This document shows positions 57,201 through 64,000 of a stretch of DNA of 64,000 nucleotides, one piece after another (the stretch's first letter is position 1; every line of letters begins with the position of its first letter). Both the position numbers and the translations under genes were made by a program. The notes under the pieces were generated by a model that was given only the letters and a program-made list of their open reading frames with translations, was not told the DNA's origin and did no database searches. Where the stretch lies: the NCBI RefSeq assembly GCF_009914755.1, contig NC_060939.1; one strand, 5' to 3'. The stretch comes from the human T2T-CHM13v2.0 reference genome, Homo sapiens.

Positions 57201-60200
57201 ATTTCTTTCCGTTCTGTACGATTCCTACCGTTCGATTTCATTTTCTTCCAGTCCATTCTTTCGCGTCCATTCCATTCCATTTCACTCCATTCGATTCCAT
57301 TCCACTCGATTCCACTTCGTTCCATTTCATTGCATTCCATTCTATTCAACTCTATTGCCTTCCATTCCATTCCATTCGATTACATTTCTTGCGATTCCAT
57401 TTGAAATCAAATCAATTACATTGCAATCCATTACTTTTGAGTCCGTTTTATTCCAGTCCACTGCATTCTGGTCCATTCCATTTGATTCCATTCCATTCTA
57501 TTCCATTCCATACAGTTGCATTCCATTGGATTCCATGCTATATCTATAAATTCAATTCGAGACCATTGCTTTTGAGTCCATTCTATATGATTCCATTCCA
57601 TTCAAGTCCATTACATTTGGTTAAATTCCATTCCATTCGGTTCAATTCCATTCCATTCCATTCCCTTCCATTCCATTCCAGTTGATATCAATCCATTCGA
57701 TTCCATTCCATTCGAGCACATTCCATTCGAGTCCATTCCATTCGATGCCATTCCATTTGATTCTATTCCATTAGTCTCCATTCAATTCCATTAATCTCCA
57801 TTCCATTCCATTCTACTCCAACTGATTCCATTCCATTCTATTCCTTTCCATTCCATTTCATTCCATTCCATTCCATTCCATTCCATTCCATTCCATTCGT
57901 GTCCATTCCACTCCAGTCCATTCCATTCGTATCCATTCCATTCCAGTCCATTCCATTTGTGTCCACTGCATTCCATTCCACTCCATTCCATATTATTCCA
58001 TTACACTCCATTCCATTCTATTACTTTCATTTCCATTCAATTCCATTCCATTTGATTCCATTCCACTCGGTTTCATTCCATTTGAGTCCACTCCATTCCA
58101 TTCCATTCCATTCAGTTCCATTCCATTCTGTTCCATTCCATTCCGTTCCATTACATTCCATTCCATTCGGTACCATTCCATATTGTTCCATTCGATTCCA
58201 TTCGAATCCATTCCATTCCAGTCCATTCCATTCGATTCCATTCCATTCATTTCAATTCCATTCCATTCCATTCCATTACATTCCACTTGATTCCTCTCCA
58301 TTCCCTTCCACTGCATTCCGTTCGATTCCATTCCATTGCATTGCATTCCATTCCATTGGATTGCATTCCATTCGATTCCATTCCATTCGAATCAATTACA
58401 TAGCAATCCATTACATTCGAGTCTATTCTCTTCCGTTCCATTCGATTTCGTTCCAATCCATTCGATTCCATTCCATTCGATTCCATTCCATACTATTGCA
58501 TTCCATTCGATTACATTATATTCGAATAAGTTCCATTCAAGACCATTTCTTTTGAGTCCATTCTATTTGAGTCCATTCCCTTTGATTCCATAACATTTGA
58601 GTCCATTCAATTCCATTCCTTTCGTTTCCATTCCATTTGATGCCATTCCATTCAATTCTGTTCTACTCGACTCCAATACATTCAATTCCATTCCATCCGA
58701 TTCCATTACATTCTTTTCATTTCTTATCCATTTCAAGCCATTCCACTCCATTCCATTCCACTCGTTTCCTTTCCATTCGAGTCCATTCCTCTCCAGTCCA
58801 TTCCGTTCAATCCATTCCATTCCAGTCCATTCCATTCGAGTCCGTTCCATTCCAGTCCATTCCATTCGAGTCAATTCCATTCCATTCGATGTCTTTCCAT
58901 AACGATCCATTCCATTCTATTCCTTTCGATTCCATTCCATTCTATTTCATTCCATTCGATTCCCTTCCATTGGACTCCTTTCCATTCGAGTGCATTCCAT
59001 TCCGTTCCATTTCTTTCCGTTCTGTACGATTCCTACCGTTCGATTTCATTTTCTTCCAGTCCATTCTTTCGCGTCCATTCCATTCCATTTCACTCCATTC
59101 GATTCCATTCCACTCGATTCCACTTCGTTCCATTTCATTGCATTCCATTCTATTCAACTCTATTGCCTTCCATTCCATTCCATTCGATTACATTCCATGC
59201 GATTCCATTCGAAATCGAATCAATTACATTGCAATCCATTACTATTGAGTCCGTTTTATTCCAGTCCACTGCATTCTGGTCCATTCCATTTGATTCCATT
59301 CCATTCTATTCCATTCCATACAGTTGCATTCCATTGGATTCCATGCTATATCTATAAATTCAATTCGAGACCATTGCTTTTGAGTCCATTCTATATGATT
59401 CCATTCCATTCAAGTCCATTACATTTGGTTAAATTCCATTCCATTCGGTTCAATTCCATTCCATTCCATTCCCTTCCATTCCATTCCAGTTGATATCAAT
59501 CCATTCGATTCCATTCCATTCGAGCACATTCCATTCGAGTCCATTCCATTCGATGCCATTCCATTTGATTCTATTCCATTAGTCTCCATTCAATTCCATT
59601 AATCTCCATTCCATTCCATTCTATTCCAACTGATTCCATTCCATTCTATTCCTTTTTATTCCATTTCATTCCATTCCATTCCATTCCATTCCATTCCATT
59701 CGTGTCCATTCCACTCCAGTCCATTACATTCGTATCCATTCCATTCCAGTCCATTCCATTTGTGTCCACTGCATTCCATTCCACTCCATTCCATATTATT
59801 CCATTACACTCCATTCCATTCTATTACTTTCATTTCCATTCAATTCCATTCCATTTGATTCCACTCCACTCGGTTTCATTCCATTTGAGTCCACTCCATT
59901 CCATTCCATTCCATTCAGTTCCATTCCATTCTGTTCCATTCCATTCCGTTCCATTACATTCCATTCCATTCGGTACCATTCCATATTGTTCCATTCGATT
60001 CCATTCGAATCCATTCCATTCCAGTCCATTCCATTCGATTCCATTCCATTCATTTCAATTCCATTCCATTCCATTCCATTACATTCCACTTGATTCCTCT
60101 CCATTCCCTTCCACTGCATTCCGTTCGATTCCATTCCATTGCATTACATTCCATTCCATTGGATTGCATTCCATTCGATTCCATTCCATTCGAATCAATT

Positions 60201-62628
60201 ACATAGCAATCCATTACATTCGAGTCTATTCTCTTCCGTTCCATTCGATTTCGTTCCAATCCATTCGATTCCATTCCATTCGATTCCATTCCATACTATT
60301 GCATTCCATTCGATTACATTATATTCGAATAAGTTCCATTCAAGACCATTTCTTTTGAGTCCATTCTATTTGAGTCCATTCCCTTTGATTCCATAACATT
60401 TGAGTCCATTCAATTCCATTCCTTTCGTTTCCATTCCATTTGATGCCATTCCATTCAATTCTGTTCTACTCGACTCCAATACATTCAATTCCATTCCATC
60501 CGATTCCATTACATTCTTTTCATTTCTTATCCATTTCAAGCCATTCCACTCCATTCCATTCCACTCGTTTCCTTTCCATTCGAGTCCATTCCTCTCCAGT
60601 CCATTCCGTTCAATCCATTCCATTCCAGTCCATTCCATTCGAGTCCGTTCCATTCCAGTCCATTCCATTCGAGTCAATTCCATTCCATTCGATGTCTTTC
60701 CATAACGATCCATTCCATTCTATTCCTTTCGATTCCATTCTATTCTATTTCATTCCATTCGATTCCCTTCCATTGGACTCCTTTCCATTCGAGTGCATTC
60801 CATTCCGTTCCATTTCTTTCCGTTCTGTACGATTCCTACCGTTCGATTTCATTTTGTTCCAGTCCATTCTTTCGCGTCCATTCCATTCCATTTCACTCCA
60901 TTCGATTCCATTCCACTCGATTCCACTTCGTTCCATTTCATTGCATTCCATTCTATTCAACTCTATTGCCTTCCATTCCATTCCATTCGATTACATTCCA
61001 TGCGATTCCATTCGAAATCGAATCAATTACATTGCAATCCATTACTATTGAGTCCGTTTTATTCCAGTCCACTGCATTCTGGTCCATTCCATTTGATTCC
61101 ATTCCATTCTATTCCATTCCATACAGTTGCATTCCATTGGATTCCATGCTATATCTATAAATTCAATTCGAGACCATTGCTTTTGAGTCCATTCTATATG
61201 ATTCCATTCCATTCAAGTCCATTACATTTGGTTAAATTCCATTCCATTCGGTTCAATTCCATTCCATTCCATTCCCTTCCATTCCATTCCAGTTGATATC
61301 AATCCATTCGATTCCATTCCATTCGAGCACATTCCATTCGAGTCCATTCCATTCGATGCCATTCCATTTGATTCTATTCCATTAGTCTCCATTCAATTCC
61401 ATTAATCTCCATTCCATTCCATTCTACTCCAACTGATTCCATTCCATTCTATTCCTTTTTATTCCATTTCATTCCATTCCATTCCATTCCATTCCATTCC
61501 ATTCGTGTCCATTCCACTCCAGTCCATTCCATTCGTATCCATTCCATTCCAGTCCATTCCATTTGTGTCCACTGCATTCCATTCCACTCCATTCCATATT
61601 ATTCCATTACACTCCATTCCATTCTATTACTTTCATTTCCATTCAATTCCATTCCATTTGATTCCATTCCACTCGGTTTCATTCCATTTGAGTCCACTCC
61701 ATTCCATTCCATTCCATTCAGTTCCATTCCATTCTGTTCCATTCCATTCCGTTCCATTACATTCCATTCCATTCGGTACCATTCCATATTGTTCCATTCG
61801 ATTCCATTCGAATCCATTCCATTCCAGTCCATTCCATTCGATTCCATTCCATTCATTTCAATTCCATTCCATTCCATTCCATTACATTCCACTTGATTCC
61901 TCTCCATTCCCTTCCACTGCATTCCGTTCGATTCCATTCCATTGCATTGCATTCCATTCCATTGGATTGCATTCCATTCGATTCCATTCCATTCGAATCA
62001 ATTACATAGCAATCCATTACATTCGAGTCTATTCTCTTCCGTTCCATTCGATTTCGTTCCAATCCATTCGATTCCATTCCATTCGATTCCATTCCATACT
62101 ATTGCATTCCATTCGATTACATTATATTCGAATAAGTTCCATTCAAGACCATTTCTTTTGAGTCCATTCTATTTGAGTCCATTCCCTTTGATTCCATAAC
62201 ATTTGAGTCCATTCAATTCCATTCCTTTCGTTTCCATTCCATTTGATGCCATTCCATTCAATTCTGTTCTACTCGACTCCAATACATTCAATTCCATTCC
62301 ATCCGATTCCATTACATTCTTTTCATTTCTTATCCATTTCAAGCCATTCCACTCCATTCCATTCCACTCGTTTCCTTTCCATTCGAGTCCATTCCTCTCC
62401 AGTCCATTCCGTTCAATCCATTCCATTCCAGTCCATTCCATTCGAGTCCGTTCCATTCCAGTCCATTCCATTCGAGTCAATTCCATTCCATTCGATGTCT
62501 TTCCATAACGATCCATTCCATTCTATTCCTTTCGATTCCATTCCATTCTATTTCATTCCATTCGATTCCCTTCCATTGGACTCCTTTCCATTCGAGTGCA
62601 TTCCATTCCGTTCCATTTCTTTCCGTTC
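54258..62628 (+). repeat. Multi-unit block duplicated at +14,328 bp (copy 2)
   Basis: Shares GATACC (54607), CTATTGTCTT, CATTGTAT, GAATTC (56240), ACATTTCTTGCG, AAATCAAATC and GATTCCACTCCACTCGG with copy 1. Ends are approximate. Confidence 0.85.
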
Positions 62629-64000
62629 TGTACGATTCCTACCGTTCGATTTCATTTTCTTCCAGTCCATTCTTTCGCGTCCATTCCATTCCATTTCACT
62701 CCATTCGATTCCATTCCACTCGATTCCACTTCGTTCCATTTCATTGCATTCCATTCTATTCAACTCTATTGCCTTCCATTCCATTCCATTCGATTACATT
62801 CCATGCGATTCCATTCGAAATCGAATCAATTACATTGCAATCCATTACTATTGAGTCCGTTTTATTCCAGTCCACTGCATTCTGGTCCATTCCATTTGAT
62901 TCCATTCCATTCTATTCCATTCCATACAGTTGCATTCCATTGGATTCCATGCTATATCTATAAATTCAATTCGAGACCATTGCTTTTGAGTCCATTCTAT
63001 ATGATTCCATTCCATTCAAGTCCATTACATTTGGTTAAATTCCATTCCATTCGGTTCAATTCCATTCCATTCCATTCCCTTCCATTCCATTCCAGTTGAT
63101 ATCAATCCATTCGATTCCATTCCATTCGAGCACATTCCATTCGAGTCCATTCCATTCGATGCCATTCCATTTGATTCTATTCCATTAGTCTCCATTCAAT
63201 TCCATTAATCTCCATTCCATTCCATTCTACTCCAACTGATTCCATTCCATTCTATTCCTTTTTATTCCATTTCATTCCATTCCATTCCATTCCATTCCAT
63301 TCCATTCGTGTCCATTCCACTCCAGTCCATTACATTCGTATCCATTCCATTCCAGTCCATTCCATTTGTGTCCACTGCATTCCATTCCACTCCATTCCAT
63401 ATTATTCCATTACACTCCATTCCATTCTATTACTTTCATTTCCATTCAATTCCATTCCATTTGATTCCACTCCACTCGGTTTCATTCCATTTGAGTCCAC
63501 TCCATTCCATTCCATTCCATTCAGTTCCATTCCATTCTGTTCCATTCCATTCCGTTCCATTACATTCCATTCCATTCGGTACCATTCCATATTGTTCCAT
63601 TCGATTCCATTCGAATCCATTCCATTCCAGTCCATTCCATTCGATTCCATTCCATTCATTTCAATTCCATTCCATTCCATTCCATTACATTCCACTTGAT
63701 TCCTCTCCATTCCCTTCCACTGCATTCCGTTCGATTCCATTCCATTGCATTACATTCCATTCCATTGGATTGCATTCCATTCGATTCCATTCCATTCGAA
63801 TCAATTACATAGCAATCCATTACATTCGAGTCTATTCTCTTCCGTTCCATTCGATTTCGTTCCAATCCATTCGATTCCATTCCATTCGATTCCATTCCAT
63901 ACTATTGCATTCCATTCGATTACATTATATTCGAATAAGTTCCATTCAAGACCATTTCTTTTGAGTCCATTCTATTTGAGTCCATTCCCTTTGATTCCAT

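Larger units (their letters stand above)
1..64000 (+). repeat. Human Satellite III (HSat3) array, (CATTC)n on + strand / (GGAAT)n on - strand; heterochromatic satellite
   Basis: Continuous diverged CATTC pentamers (CATTC, GATTC, CAGTC, GAGTC, TATTC etc.) from base 1 to 64000. Same strand throughout and no non-satellite interruption seen. Lacks the regular CATTCGATTC/ATGATG 23/26-bp pattern typical of HSat2. Confidence 0.98.
29..64000 (+). repeat. ~1.8 kb tandem repeat unit, ~35.5 copies, one KpnI site per unit; consistent with D15Z1 / HSat3A5 (chr15p11)
   Basis: Landmark after ATAACAT (TTGAG...) recurs at 727, 2496, 4304, 6102, 7891, 9664, 11457, 13261, 15080, 16889, 18677, 20471, 22279, 24092, 25900, 27694, 29502, 31549, 33596, 35368, 37161, 38938, 40707, 42461, 44269, 46072, 47875, 49669, 51453, 53256, 55035, 56789, 58597, 60400, 62203. 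Spacing is 1754-1819, with two at 2047. GGTACC at 299 and the equivalent position in most units. The periodicity is directly seen; the D15Z1 label comes from recalled knowledge of the 1.8-kb KpnI SatIII family. Confidence 0.8.

Noticed and set aside
29-63964. Hundreds of ORFs (HSIPF-rich on +, MEWNG-rich on -), up to 308 aa
   Set aside because: These are translations of (CATTC)n/(GGAAT)n, which lack stop codons in all frames. They overlap in many frames and are freely frameshifted between units by 1-bp indels, with no recognisable domain.
1-64000. CRISPR-like repeat/spacer or encoded-array interpretation
   Set aside because: There are no unique spacers and no cas or other genes; the variable pentamers repeat near-identically every 1.8 kb.
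1-64000. Assignment to DYZ1 (3.6 kb, Yq12) or chr1 HSat2 (1.77 kb)
   Set aside because: Adjacent 1.8-kb units are near-identical, so the basic period is not 3.6 kb. EcoRI sites are rare rather than one per unit, and the HSat2 ATGATG pattern is absent.
1-64000. Inversions or embedded Alu/L1 insertions
   Set aside because: No GGAAT-strand switch and no non-satellite sequence were seen on reading through.

Overview
The whole 64 kb window is one uninterrupted, single-orientation array of human-type Satellite III (HSat3; diverged CATTC/GGAAT pentamers). It is organised as about 35.5 head-to-tail copies of a ~1.8 kb unit: 1754-1819 bp measured between equivalent landmarks, plus two 2047-bp variants. 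Almost every unit carries one KpnI site (GGTACC). A 1.8-kb KpnI SatIII unit matches the D15Z1 / HSat3A5 array of chr15p; this assignment rests on recalled family knowledge, not an alignment. I see no genes, RNA genes, transposons, CRISPR arrays or inversions, and all listed ORFs are artefacts of the stop-poor pentamer. I cannot support a novel biological system here. The notable structure is evolutionary: (1) an ancient 829-bp-offset duplication inside each unit; (2) nested recent duplications of 1, 2, 4 and 8 units (largest offset 14,328 bp); (3) a 260-bp out-of-register recombinant that was then duplicated; (4) mosaic units with mappable switch points; (5) recurrent 15- and 20-bp indels with distinct breakpoints.
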